NCBI GenBank assembly: GCA_008632985.1
Contig: QPGO01000209.1
Location: forward strand, 1 to 64,000
DNA length: 64,000 nucleotides
Source: Psammoneis japonica
Lineage: Eukaryota
Reading direction: 5' to 3'
Every line of letters starts with the position of its first letter. The first letter of the stretch is position 1. Positions 1 to 12,792 of this stretch are shown in pieces. The notes below the pieces were generated by a model that saw only the letters and a program-made list of their open reading frames with translations, made no database searches and was not told the DNA's origin. The position numbers were made by a program, and so were the translations under genes.

Positions 1-269
1 CGGTGCATTAGCTCTCACCCTCTAAATTTATTGTATTGGCTGACAATGCAGGCAAATAAGTCACATATTTCTAGCTTGTAACTACCTTATAGAATAAAGA
101 AACAATCCACCCCTTCATAATTGCCATGGTGCGTTTGTTATTTTGAGCCGCGAGCCAGAAAACACTCCCAAAAACTGTTCTACAGGGCGAAATGTACTGA
201 ATCTACACAGATTCGGGTTGTACCAGGCCACGTAGAAAGTGAACGGGCCGAAAACTCCGGTACGCCCAC

Positions 270-723
270 TTAAAAGAGAATAATGACTGCTTCCATCGGC
301 AGTTTCAGTGCCTCACGTAAAGCACATGAGCGCTGACGCATACGTCTTCTTCGCGCTATCTCATTTCGGTGCTTGAACTTTTAATTCACCATTTCCAACA
401 CACTCCTGCTGACCAATGACAAGATTCTTACCATTTCCAAATTTGACCATCTTAGGCACTTGGATGTTCATGATGGCTTGACGATCAACAATGAACTTCT
501 TACCAACCACAGGTTTGGTCATATAATCTGCCATCATCTTGTCCGTTGGGCGGAACTTAATCTCAAGTTCTCCTCTCTTGGTGAGGTCAGTGATGTAAAA
601 ATACTTAATGTTGAAATGTCTGGTGCGAGTTAAAAGAGAATAATGACTGCTTCCATCGGCAGTTTCAGTGCCTCAATCACGTAAGAGCACGTGAGCACTG
701 ACGTATACGTCTTCTTCGAGCTA
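270..723 (+). repeat. Direct repeat pair of about 90 bp (270-358 and 630-723) bracketing the Copia fragment
   Basis: TTAAAAGAGAATAATGACTGCTTCCATCGGCAGTTTCAGTGCCTCA...TACGTCTTCTTCG occurs twice. Confidence 0.9.
395..630 (-). mobile_element. Copia (CoDi-type) RNase H C-terminal fragment with PPT and start of a 3' LTR
   Basis: The minus strand reads TRTRHFNIKYFYITDLTKRGELEIKFRPTDKMMADYMTKPVVG (Copia RH end motif), followed by AGCAGGAGTG and then TGTTGGAAA. Tyr codons are intact. Confidence 0.75.
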
Positions 724-830
724 ATAGCGGAATGGTGGTACATATTCTATCTCCAACAGTCACCCTCCAAGATCGTCTTTGCGGTGCGAGCAACACCCTC
801 TCTGGTGCAATTCAAGGTGCAGGCGTTCTT

Positions 831-888
831 CTACTCTCTCTCTACTCTAGTAGTAGTAGCTACTAGCTCTACTCTAGCTACTAGCTAG
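831..888. repeat. Low-complexity CTA/TAG microsatellite-like tract
   Basis: CTACTCTCTCTCTACTCTAGTAGTAGTAGCTACTAGC... Confidence 0.8.
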
Positions 889-1677
889 CAGGGCCCTGCC
901 TACAGTACCGCCCGACCTCAGGCCCACCGATGCGACCGACACCAAAAAACGACCATAACAGTAGCAACAGCCGATGCTCAATTTTGCCGCCAAACCTTTT
1001 CCTACCAGAAATACTAATGCATTTTATGGTATCTTTTTCTCTGACAAGTATGTCCATGGAAAGAGAGGTGAGACAATGTCCAAAAATGGATAAAAAATCC
1101 TTCCTATGATGCGTTATTCTGACTCCATTCTCACAACTTGCGCGTTGCAATATCTGTTCAATTGTACGTGAATCCTGGGAAAGTAAAAGCTCCAGATCCT
1201 TCCGTCAGAACGAAAAGATAGCACCCTGATGAGTGCCTCTGCTTTTTCGCGGACTACTGGAAAGAACACTTTTCCTCTAGGAAGAAGAGATTAGTGTTAT
1301 CTATACTATCACGTCGTCACCTTGATAGTTTCGAGATCAATGGTTGCAACTTGGCACATCACGGCTCATAGTAGTAGCCTATCGGAGATGATGCGAGCCA
1401 AGGTACTATAAAAGCTAAAAATGCATCTGATGAAATGAAGGATTGGAGATGAAATGTATATAGGGTTCCCACTGAACCACAATCATAGAAATATGGATGA
1501 AATGCAATCATAGAAACATGGATGAAATGCATGATGAAACACTTGATGACCTTGAAGGAACCCAAGCACGTGGACTGAGTGACTCTTGCTAGCACGCCCT
1601 CTGCCAGCACCATCTTGATGAATCCCCAAACCCCAAGCTGATGCCTTCAGCGACCATCAACAGCAGAGTGACTTCAC

Positions 1678-3082
1678 CTAAGGCGCCGTTTCCAGGCACG
1701 TGTACTTGGGGAGCTCGTTAGCGATGCGATTAGCAGAACATTGGGTCAACCCGAGATCCTTGTCTGGAAAGCCATTTATAGCACTTCTGGCGATCATGGG
1801 AAAGGTGCAGCCAAATTGCCCATGATCTGCTCCCAGCACGTGCGCGAGCTCGTGAGTCACAGTGATGTACGATCCCAACGGGTCGGCGTACGCCACCGAT
1901 GGACGGTCGGCCAAGCATAGGCCTTGTTCCGCCCTGCCGCCGATTTGCTGCCCCTTTTCGTTAATGGTCTTCTGGTTGGTGAGGTACAACAAGACGTCGT
2001 ATTCGTCGGGGTGAGCCTCCGCCACAACTTGAAGCTTGTCAAAAACATCGGCGGCCTCAGTTCCTAGGATAAGGCGTTCCATGTTCTGACCATGCATGAC
2101 AAATCGGACACTATCTTCAATGCCAGACGTTGCTGCAATCAGGCGGTTGGCGTTTTCGAGTTCTTGTAGTGACTTTTCCTCGGTCCAATCCCTTTTTTTG
2201 ACCTGGGGGTTCACGAGGATCTTTACCTTGACTAGTTTTGTCTTGCCCGAGACAGGGGTGGTGACAGGGGGGCTCCAGCATGGTGGGTTATTCACCTTCT
2301 TGCCCTTACTGCAGCTCAAGTCCAAGGTGTTGAGCAGTTCAGCAGTGCAACAGGAGATTTCCTCTATGCCAGAATAGCGGTAACCGGCATCGCACCGTTT
2401 CGGTTTTCCCTCGTTGACTAGCAATTCATCGAGCACTTCCTTGATCATTTGCGGAAAAGACCGCGTTGGATTCGCGGTGTCAAAAGGCCATTCGATTGTG
2501 AGCCCCCTAGTGTCGCAAATAAACCCTAAGAACTTAGCGGGACTGTTCTTTTCTTTCCAAACAACCTTCAGGTCCGCCGCGTCGCCACTCGGTACCACCT
2601 GTACCGGAATATAAGGCTCGAGAACTTCAAATAATTTATCGGCAAAGCCACGCCCATCATCCTCAATCTTGAAAGGTTTCTTCGCCGCGACTTCTGCCAA
2701 AGTTCTCGTATTGAGACCCACGTTCGAGGCACCACCAGTAGTTCGTAGGGTTCTCATACTTCGCGCAATCTCTGTCATTTCCCTCAAACCATTTCTCTTC
2801 TCCTGGTGGAACAAAGTCATTGCACTCAACAGGGGTTTCGAGTCTAGTGCCACCACCGCAGGCACAGCATGCAGAGGCGGCATCTTGACCGAAGTTCACT
2901 TTGCTACCAGCGAAAACTTCGCATGAATTGCCGTCACGATACCAGAGGCAATCCTTGTCTGCAGTGTCGTACCATTTCTCTTCGCCTGGTGGAACAAAGT
3001 CCTTGCACGTCCTAAGCACAGATAACACCTTCGTGACAGAGGCAAGGAAGAGAACTTCTAATGCGAAGGTAGAGATCTTCAT
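1678..3082 (-). CDS. Secreted zinc metalloprotease (metzincin, reprolysin/M12B-like) with N-terminal Cys-rich repeats; split over two frames near 2690 (possible pseudogene)
   Basis: ORF 2663-3082 has a signal-peptide-like start and two CxDFVPPGEEKW repeats with CCACGGG. ORF 1678-2883 has HELAHVLGADH (HExxHxxGxxH) with a downstream Met (FPMI). The two ORFs are in different frames. Confidence 0.6.
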
Positions 3083-3754
3083 CGTGACAATAAAGAAGTA
3101 GGAACGGTTGTTCGCTTCTTCGCTTCGGTTTTGTAGTTTCTGTTGTCAGATATGAAGAGGAAAGATAGGAAAGTGTAAGGTGAAGACAGAGTTAGAGATG
3201 ATTGTAGTTGTTGAGTCCATCGAAAGGTTCGAAGACCCAATAGCACATCATAATCGAAAGCACAAGCGGTTTACCTGTCTGACCTGTCTCCTTTCTTGGT
3301 CTCTTGCTTTCGCTCGTATTGTTGCTTTTTCTTCTTGCTTTCAAAGAAACATAGAAGGAATAAATCATAAGTAAGAAGGTGCGAGATATGAATGAGAGAC
3401 AAGGGAAGCCATCATGGGCAACAATACTGCATGGGAGAGGCACCATCGTCCATCGTTCATCATTGACAAGTGGATTCAGGATGGTGTGGTGCATGGTTGG
3501 GTACCGGTACAGTGGGTGCGTGCGCGCTGTGTTTTGGTGCGGCGTCTGTCTGTCTGCCTGCCCGCCAATCTGTCTTGAATCATCGAGTGATTCCCATCGA
3601 AAAAGAAGGCCGCAACCGACGCGACGCGACGCGACGCGGCATAGCAACACTGTAAAAAGCAAGAAGTGGTAGCGCGAACACAATAAACCACGTGAAGACA
3701 GACAGTAGAACACACTGTACAGCACGACGCGTTTTCGCTTCATCGTACGTACGA

Positions 3755-5685
3755 GGGTGTTGAGAAAGCACAGGCAGGTGTGCGTCGCAGGGCCCTGCGT
3801 GGAGAAGGGCAGCGCCCTACACAACATGGTCATGATGATCTGCACAGCTCAGAAAACAGACAAAATGCAGGAACAACCCATGATGACGGCGGTGGGTGTG
3901 CCGGCAGGCGAGGCACCCCGAAGCTCATTGGACGTCAACACAAGCAGCAAAACTCAACACATGTGTGCAGTGATGTGCTTCTGCATTTTGCTTTCAAGGG
4001 ATGCAGAGCAATGTGGCACCGCAGAGCACTGAATCACCTTTTGAACTACAGTGCAGCACTTCTCACCATGCAAGCAATGGATCGCGGGTGGAACGCAAAG
4101 ACGGCAGCCGACCGGCGGCCATCACACTGGGCACTTGCATTGTCTCGTTCGTTTTTTTTCTCTTGTTTTCTTTTTTATGAGAAGCCCTCGGCGCTTTTCG
4201 GAAGCCTGACCCGAGAACAACAATTCTGGGCAAGAGCATCCCTTGTTTAATTTTGCGAAGCTTTTGTGTGTTTGTTGCGAGTCTTTTTCGTGCACAAAAC
4301 GCGTGCAACAACACAACAATCTGCAATCGTTAAATGACACTTCTGCACATTCCAGATTGATTTCTTCCTGCAAGAAACAATCGGAAACTGTCAGCCACGA
4401 CTCTCAGCAAAGAAAACGGCAATCACAGGTGTCCCAATGGGTCATTCGCGAACAATCAAAATCGGAAACTGTCAGCCACGGCACCCAGCAGAGAAAGGGC
4501 AATTGCGCACTGAGTGTGCGTGCTGACAAGTCATTCGCGAACAGTCACACAGCATCGTGGGATTGCAGGTCCAGCATGCTGTGTCATTCGTGAATGATCG
4601 AAGTCGGAAACTGTCAGTCACGGCACCTAGTGGAGAACGGGCAATGACTGAGTGTGCTGATGAGTCATTCGCGAACAGTCACACAGCGTCGTGGGATTGC
4701 TTGAGCAACGAGGGAACTTGAATTTTCATTGGTTTAGATTGTTGAGGGGACAGGAAAGGACAAAAAGAACATTGCATGTCTCCAAACTCTTGGATTGTGT
4801 TCGTGATGACAAACAGGGTCAAGTGCACCAGCGCAACAATGCTGTGCTTCCATTGTCAAGATGTGCTTTTGCAGATCTTCTGGCAGCTGTTGTGACAGTT
4901 CTGCACAAACCATGTTTGACCCCAACAAGCTGCAAAAAACAGTGTGCCTTTCATCATGGCCCGTTCCCCCATTTTCTGCTGAGTCTCACATCGCCAGCCA
5001 CAAGAGACTCTGCACACAGCACGTCTCGGTGCAGAAAACTCCAAAGGCTTTGGAGCAAGTCAGCACATGCCAAGCTCTGCTTTTTTTGACTTGAGACAGT
5101 TTCTTCCTGCTGCACTGGGTGGGTTTTCTCTCCTTCTTTGTTGTTTCCAGCCAGCCCCAAGCAAGCCTCTCGGCATGACTCTCTCAGCTGCTCGAGCTGC
5201 ACAAGGGGGGGAGAGTGTTTGCAGCAGCTCACCCACCTCCTCTCATTTGACACAAAGCACTGCTTGCACAGAATTTGCCAAATGCAGCTTTGTTTCTCAC
5301 ACTTTGCCATCAACTCTGTCTGAAAAACCTGTTGGCTTCTCAACAACTCTGCCAGGCATGAAAGCCTGGTGATGGCGGAGTCTCCTCAGTTGAAGTCAAC
5401 AGTGCTTCAGAGCATTTTTGGGCATGTGCTCTCAAACATGAGAGTGCAGCAAATTTGGCTCACAGCAAAAGTGTCACAAACAAACAAACAATCAAACAAT
5501 GTGCTTTCCAAGATCTGAGCCCTCCTGTGGGGAGCTTTTGAAGAAGAAAAAAAGGGCTTGCTCTGCCAAGGGCTCAGGCATCTTTTTCTTCCTCCTTTTG
5601 TGCTTTGTTGCACCTCACCCTCAAACTTGAGCTTGGAGCATTGGACCAGGTTTTGGATTTGTGGTCTCCTCCTGCAAATTCATTG
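3755..5685. mobile_element. Unclassified decayed repeat, TpA-depleted; host of the Copia insertion, continuing at 12793
   Basis: TpA is lost abruptly after about 3752. The segment contains internal repeats and is interrupted by the Copia with TSD. Confidence 0.45.
4381..4700 (+). repeat. Three imperfect tandem units (starts 4381, 4462, 4604)
   Basis: Each unit begins TCGGAAACTGTCAG and contains GTCATTCGCGAACA. Confidence 0.85.
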
Positions 5686-5961
5686 TGACAGGATTTGAAC
5701 AGGATTCAGGTGCGCGCGAAATGTCACGCGCTGTTTAGTTTGCCGCGCACAGTTTTGTGTGCTTTAGTTCCGCGCGTTCGCGCGCGATGTAGTTTGCTTT
5801 CGAGCCACAAGGCTCACAAGAATAACAACAGTGGCCCGATTGTACCGACTTACACGTCTTTCGGCTCCTGTGACGGTCTCTGAGCGGAGACTCATCTGCC
5901 ATTTAGACAGCAGTGAGGAGTCATTGTTTGAATTCTTGCCATTTGCCTTCAATTTCTGTCA
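5686..5961 (+). repeat. 5' LTR of Copia element
   Basis: TG...CA ends; aligns without gaps to 12512-12787. Confidence 0.95.
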
Positions 5962-6895
5962 GATTGACAGTCTTGCTCATTGTCAACCCATTGAGCAACC
6001 GCCATCGTCGTCGTTGATTTACCGACGACTTTCAATTCTGCGTGGACCTCCGTGTGTGTTCTACGTACATCGGCAAGTCTGCGCGCATTCAATGCCAGGC
6101 ATCGGCAGGAAGTTAACATCACCGTCAAGTCTCCTTGCCGCTGAATGTCTGGATTGATTGCGCTGCCTTTAATCGCTGAAGACATGCATTCAGCGGTTGC
6201 ATCCAAGTCCATCCTTGATCCTCATCCCTTGATGTGCCCATTCAACGGTTGACGGTCAAGAACCCCACACATTCAAGGATCTTCGTCACTGAAGACATGT
6301 GCACATCTGTGTCTTCACGGCCAAGAACTTGTGCCCACTCTTTGGACTGCGGCTTTGCTGCCACTCTACAAGCACACCGAGTCCATTGCACCTGATCTAC
6401 CCTGGACTGCTGGTGCTCTGCAGTTCTGCTGGGTCCACGAGGATGACTGTGAGAGCAAGCAGCCGTGATTGCAGCCTGCATTTGGGCGAGGGTGAATTTC
6501 CCACGTTTGTTCGTTCGTCCACAGCGCCTGACGCCTGCGTCAACTGGCCAGCCTGATCGGGAAATCCAACCGATGTAAAATGAGAACGGTTCGGGGGTCT
6601 TGTCCACCTCCAGTCAGCTTGCCTGCAGGGGTTTACAACCCGCTGCTCCGCTCGCAAGCAACCCAAAGCGCCGCTGGCTGCGGGTTCGGACGTGCCGGCA
6701 CAACTCTACGGACCGGATGGGAAGTTTAGCACTTGACAACGAACGGGATAACACAACCCGGCGACTTCTGATTTTAAGACAGTTCAAGATTTCAAGTCAA
6801 GTCCACTTCAAGTCAAGACTGTTCCCACTCAAGTTTCAAGTCCACCTCCGCGTCCCAACAAGAATCACTTGTCCTGACACCGCTTTTTGTCTGCC

Positions 6896-9800
6896 ATGGT
6901 TCTCACTCGTCAGCAACAAACCGATGGTTTCGAGCACGTTGTTGGAACCGCACTTGCCCAAGGTGCTGGAAGCCCTCTTCGTTTGGCTTTGACCCATGAC
7001 GACACGGACTCGCACCAAGAACTGTTCACGTTCATGCCTTCCCAAATCGACTCGCTTGAGTGCGACAACGGCGCTGATGTGATCCCATTGCCCCGAGGTC
7101 AAAGAACATGTTGGCAGCTCTAGTCAGTCTGCACATTGTCAAAGCACACGAAGGCCTTGATGTTGCCAATGACTCCTCGTTGTTCATGCATGAGGAGTTC
7201 CTTGCCTGCCGCCTCAGTCCCGACTGCATGTCTTCTGTGTCCGTCGGCAGCTCACCTCTCGCACCTCCGCATGTCACCAACCCGACCAAGGCACGCGACC
7301 CGGTGCGAGACTTCAAGCGAGGCATCAAGCGTGACCCCACTGCTTTCACGGCTCTCAAATCCGACAAGCAGTGGCACACTTGGCACACCTCACTTGTGGC
7401 ACAAGCCCGTGCCCAAGACGTCGAGTGCATTCTAGACTCGTCGTACAAACCGACCAGCCCCGAAGACAAACTGCTCTTTGCTGAACAGCAAAAGTGCATG
7501 TTCGCCATCTTCGAACGCATCCTTCTCACCGACAAGGGCAAGGCTCTCATTCGTGAAAATGCAGGGTCTTCTGACACCCAGACCGTCTGCCGCGCCTTGT
7601 CCGAGTGCGCGCTTGCCTCCACCCACGCATCTGTCGAGTCCTCCACCTTGCTCACGCACCTCACCACCGCACGCCTTGGTGATGGTGCTTGGAAAGGTCC
7701 GACCCACGGGTTCATCCTTCATTGGCAGGATCAGTTGCGCAAGTGCAAGGCACTCATCCCGGCCAGTGACCACTTCTCTGAAGGACAAAAGCACGTCATG
7801 CTCGAAAATGCCACACATCCTGTCGAGGAACTCCGCGCCGTCAAGAACCAAGCTGATCAGCATTGCACGCAGAGTGGCAAGAGCCTCACATGCGATCAAT
7901 GTTGTGGCTTGCTCCTCTCCGCGGCAGCTCAATGCGACAGCACGTTTCAACCCAAGACGACACCTCAAGCTCCCCGACGCGCCACACACGCACACGACAT
8001 CTGCTCCGAGGAACCATCCGATGATGTGTTCCATGACATCGACAGTGACATTGACGTCCTTCAGGCCAACGCTGCCTGCACCCGCGGCCCCAGCCTCACG
8101 GTGACCAATGGAAACGTCTCCCTCCCGACCACCAACGGATTTGGGATTCGTTGCCCCATTCCTCCAAGGCGATCATCCTTGAGCATTCTCGTCCGCCTCC
8201 CCGCAACCCGCGAGCCAGCAACCACCATGAGTCTGTTGCGGTCAACCTTCACGACCAACGACTTGGGAGTGACGGTGATGTCAACTTGTCCAACACGACT
8301 CCTGCTGACTCTGGTGACCCCGCTCCAAATGTGGGTGCCACTTCAGATGATCCCATCCTGGCGCACCTCACCAAGTGCAAGCCACTGCCACCCGGTGATC
8401 TGCAACCTGTTGTCTCCTAACCAAGCCCCCAACGCCAGTCGACCGGGCCCATCCGCTGCTCCCTCTACCTCGCCTGCTCCTGCAGATGACATGGAACTTA
8501 ACGGCCGCACTTGCCGCCGCGTCAATGACCACAATGTCATTTGCTCTGCCTCCGCTCATCGCTCCACACGCACTGGTGCTCTGGTCGATCGTGGAGCCAA
8601 CGGCGGCATTGCTGGCGACGACGTTCGCATCATTGCACGCACCTCTCGCCAAGTCAACGTTCAGGGCATTGACGACCATCAATTGGTGGACATCCCCATT
8701 GTCACCGCTGGTGCCATCATTGAGACACAGCGTGGTCCCGTCATCGCCATCCTCCATCAGCGCGCATGCACGGGAAAGGGCAAGACCATTCATTCCTGCG
8801 GCCAGCTCGAATGGTGCAAACATGATGTCAACGATCGCTCTGTCAAGGTGCCCAACGGCTTGCAACGTGTCGCCACCCCTGATGGCCATGTCATCCCTGT
8901 TGACATCAAGGGCGGCCTGCCTCATGTTGCCATGCGACCCCACACTGACGCCGAATGGGACACCCTGCCCCATGTCATCCTCACCGGTGATGACACATGG
9001 GATCCTTCCGTCCTCGATCACTCTGTCTCTGACGACGACCAGTGGTGCGACGCGATCTCTGACCTGCAGGATGATCCCACTGCCAACCTGTTTGACGAAT
9101 GCGGCAACTGCCGTCACCGTGTCGTTGTCCACAAGGCCATCATGTCCGCCTCCTTGTCTGCCGATCACGCGTCCGCCCTCGATGACCACCTCATTCTGAA
9201 TGACGACGTGTTCTGCGAGTGTCATCTGCACGCGATTGACCCCAAGGACGACGATGTTCCGCCCCTGGAGCGCACTGTGCAGCCCAAGGACCCCCCCCCC
9301 ACGAGTCTCTTTGGCCTTGCTTTGGTTTCCAACCTGCCGATGCGGTTCATCGTACTTTCGACTGCACCACGCAGTGCGCCCGCATGCCCGCCGGTGCACA
9401 CCTTGAGAAGGCCCACAAATCGCCCAACCCCGCCCTTAATGTGCACCGCCGCAATGAGCCTGTCGCCACTGACACCGTTCATGCCGACACCCCAGCCGTC
9501 GACTCTGGTTGCACCAGCGCCCAACTGTTTGTTGGCACCGAGTCTGCCGTCACTGACATCTACGGCACCAAAACGGACAAAGAGTTTGTCAACACACTCG
9601 AGGATCAGATCCGTGAGCGTGGTGCTCCATCCAAACTCATTGGCGACCATGCTCAAGTTGAGATCAGCAACAAGGTGCTCGGATCCTACGAGCCCTCTTT
9701 GTCTCCAGCTGGCAAAGTGAGCCTCACCAGCAACACCAAAACTTTGCCGAACGTCAACACCAGACCGTGAAGCACATGGCGAACACTGTGATGGACTGTT

Positions 9801-12564
9801 TTGGTTCGCCTGCCCACACATGGCTGCTGGCGCTCATGTGCATGTGCTTCATCCTCAACCATGCAGCATCCCCACATCTCCACTGGTGCACGCCCCTCGA
9901 GACTCTCACTGGCTCCACCCCGGACATCAGCCCATTGCTTTGCTTTCACTGGTGGGAACCCGTGTGCTTCCACCTCGATGACTCCGATTGGCCGTCCGAA
10001 TCCCGTGAGTTGTGTGGACGCTTTGTTGGCATTGCTGAGCATGTCGGCCACCAGATGACCTTCAAGATTCTCTCTGACGAGACTCAGAAGATCCTCTGCC
10101 GGTCCAACGTACGATCCGCCACCACCGATCCTGCCGTTCGAAACCTGCGTCTTGATCCTCCTGATGGGGAGCCACCTGAACCCATCATCAAATCTCGCCA
10201 TGACGACAACCCCGTCGATTCACCCGATGGGGAGATCAGGACACCCAAGATGCCAGTTTTCGATCCGCAAGACATCATCAGATGCACCTTCCTCATGCAG
10301 CCACAAGAGGACGGACAACGCCACAGAGCTCGCATCGTCAAGGCCGTCGAAGACCACGAATGGAAAGTGAACGGCAACCCCGAGCTCACCAAGTTCGTCT
10401 GCTCTGTCAACAACGACGAACACGAGGAAGTCCTGGCCTGCAACGACATCATGAATCACATTGAGCAAGAAGACGAAGACACTGCTGTTTGGAAATTTCA
10501 ATGCATTGTGTCACACGAAGGACCTCTGAAGCCTCATGACCCAACCTGGAAAGGCTCAAGCTACAACATCATGCTTGAATGGGAAAGTGGGGAGATCACG
10601 TCCGAGCCTCTTGCCATCATCGCCAAGGATGACCCTGTCACCTGCGCCATCTGTGCACGAGAGAACAGACTTCTCGACACTGATGGCTGGAAGCGGTTCC
10701 GCACCATCGCGAGGCGCCAGAAGAAGTCACTCCGCATGGCCAACCAAGCCAAGCTTCGCTCCTTCCACACTGCACCTCGCTGCAAGTGCGGACACGAAGT
10801 TCCCCGGAACTGCAAACACGCCATGTCACTGGACGAACGCAACGGCAACCGCAAATGGGGAGACGCGACTAATCTCGAGATGGACCAACTCGATGAATAC
10901 AAAGTCTTTCATGACTGCAGGCCCTCCGAGTCTTCCACTCCTCCTGCGGGACACAAGAAGATCCGAGTGCACCCAGTGTACGACGTGAAACACGACGGTC
11001 GCCACAAGGCACGACTCGCAGCCAATGGGCACCTCACGGACGCACCCATCGACAGTGTATGCTCCGGAGCAGTCTCCCTCCGTGGCCTTCGGCTGATGAT
11101 TTTCCTGGCCAAACTCAATGAGTTGGAGACATGGGCCACCAACATTGGCAATGCCCACCTTGAAGCCACCACCAAGGAGAAGCTGTACATTGCAGCTGGA
11201 CCCAAATTTGGCAAACTCGAAGGCCACATTCTTGTCATCCACAAGGCCCTGTGTGGACTGCGCAGCTCCGGCCTTCGCTGGCACGAGCGCTTCGCCGACT
11301 GCCTGCGAGCTGAAGGTTTCTTCCCCTGCCGCGCCGAACCCGACATTTGGATGCGCAGGAACGGCGACCACTGCGAACATGTTGCCGTTTGTGTGGATGA
11401 CCTCGCCATTGCCATGAAGGACCCTCAATCTTTCGTCGACACTCTCACGGAAAAGTGCAAGTTCAAGCTCAAGGGTGCGGGACCGATTGAGTTCCATCTG
11501 GGCTGCGACTTTTCCCGGGATCCTGATGGCACCTTGTGCCTGTCTCCGCGCAAGTGCATCGAACGCATGGTCGACAGCTGCACACGACTGTTTGGGGAGA
11601 AACCCCACCACCAACGCCCTGTCACCTCTGGAGAAGGGTGACCACCCCGAACTGGACACTTCCGAACTGCTGGGGCCCGATGGCATTCAACAGCTCCAGT
11701 CTCTTGTTGGTTCACTCCAATGGGCAGTGTCCCTTGGTCAAATTGACATTGCCACGGCCGTCATGTCACTCTCTAGCTTCCAAGCTGTGCCCCGTCAAGG
11801 CCACTTGGATCGTGCCAAACGCGTCTGTGGGTGCCTCTCCAAGATGCGACACGGCGCTCTCCAACGTTTGCACGGAAGAGCCCGACTGTTCGGATCTCCC
11901 TGCTCCGGCCCATGAGTGGATGCATTCCGTGTGCGGCGAAGCAGAAGAGATGATCCCGAAGGACGCTCCACCGCCCCTTGGCAAGTTTGTCACCACCACC
12001 CACTGCGTTGATGCAAACTTGTGCCATTGCATGCTCACCAGATGCCCTGTCATGGGAATGCTCCACTTCCTCAATAAATTCCCGGCTGATTGGTTCTCTA
12101 AGAAGCAAGCCACCGTGGAGACTGCAACCTGCGGGTCTGAATTTGTTGCCGCAAGGACTTGTGTCGAGCAGATCATCGACCTGCGCATCACCCTGCACTG
12201 CCTCGGTGTCCAGATCCGTGACATCAGTCACATGTTCGGTGACAACAAGTCGGTTGTAGACAGTGCCACCATCCCGCACTCCAAGTTACACAAGCAACAC
12301 ACCGCACTGTCGTTCCACCGTGTGTGTGAGGCAATTGCCTCTGGTTGCCTTGAGCTCCACTTCATTGAAGGCTCCCGCAACCCTGCTGACATTCTCAGCA
12401 AGCATTGGGGTCACTCCCAAGTCTGGGACCTTCTCCGCCCCCTCATGCTCTGGAACTTCATTCCATCCGAAGTCGAATCTGTTTCTGTGACTCCTCAAGC
12501 AAACTGGGGAGTGACAGGATTTGAACAGGATTTGGGTGCGCGCGAAATGTCACGCGCTGTTTAG
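6896..12564 (+). pseudogene. Copia gag-pol polyprotein, frameshifted near 7110, 9300, 9690, 11610 and 11865
   Basis: gag FKRGIKRD; protease LVDRGANGG; integrase NEPVATDTVHADTPAVD; RT VYDVKHDGRHKARL, KALCGLRSSG and HVAVCVDD; RH VETATCGSEF, FGDNKSV and NPADILSKHW. Confidence 0.93.
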
Positions 12565-12787
12565 TTCACCGCGCACAGTTTTGTGTGCTTCAGTTCCATG
12601 CATTCGCGCGCGATGCAGTTTGCTTTCGAGCCACAAGGCTCACAAGAACAATGACAGCAGCCCGATTGTGCCAACTCACACGTCTTTTGGCTCCTGCAAC
12701 GGTCTCTGAGCAGAGACTCATCTGCTGTTTAGACAGCAGCAAGGAGTCATTGTTTGAATTCTTGCCATTTGCCTTCAATTTCTGTCA
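12512..12787 (+). repeat. 3' LTR of Copia element
   Basis: Matches the 5' LTR and is followed by the TSD CATTG. Confidence 0.95.
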
Positions 12788-12792
12788 CATTG

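Larger units (their letters stand above)
5686..12787 (+). mobile_element. Full-length Ty1/Copia LTR retrotransposon (CoDi-like), hypermutated
   Basis: 276-bp LTRs at 5686-5961 and 12512-12787 (TGACAG...CTGTCA). TSD CATTG at 5681-5685 and 12788-12792. Purine tract GGGGAG before the 3' LTR. Domain order gag-PR-IN-RT-RH. Confidence 0.97.

Noticed and set aside
3751..3770. TACGAGGG as a mariner-like terminus (also near 33900 and inverted near 39841)
   Set aside because: No convincing partner TIR beyond 8 bp.
4381..4700. Repeat-spacer pattern as a CRISPR array
   Set aside because: Only three degenerate units with related, not unique, intervening sequence; more like transposon subterminal repeats.
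5686..12787. Classical RIP, plain CpG deamination, or ADAR/APOBEC editing during retrotransposition
   Set aside because: RIP and CpG decay cannot remove TpA. Editing of an RNA or cDNA intermediate would be strand-biased and would not give two-strand differences between LTRs or TSD copies.
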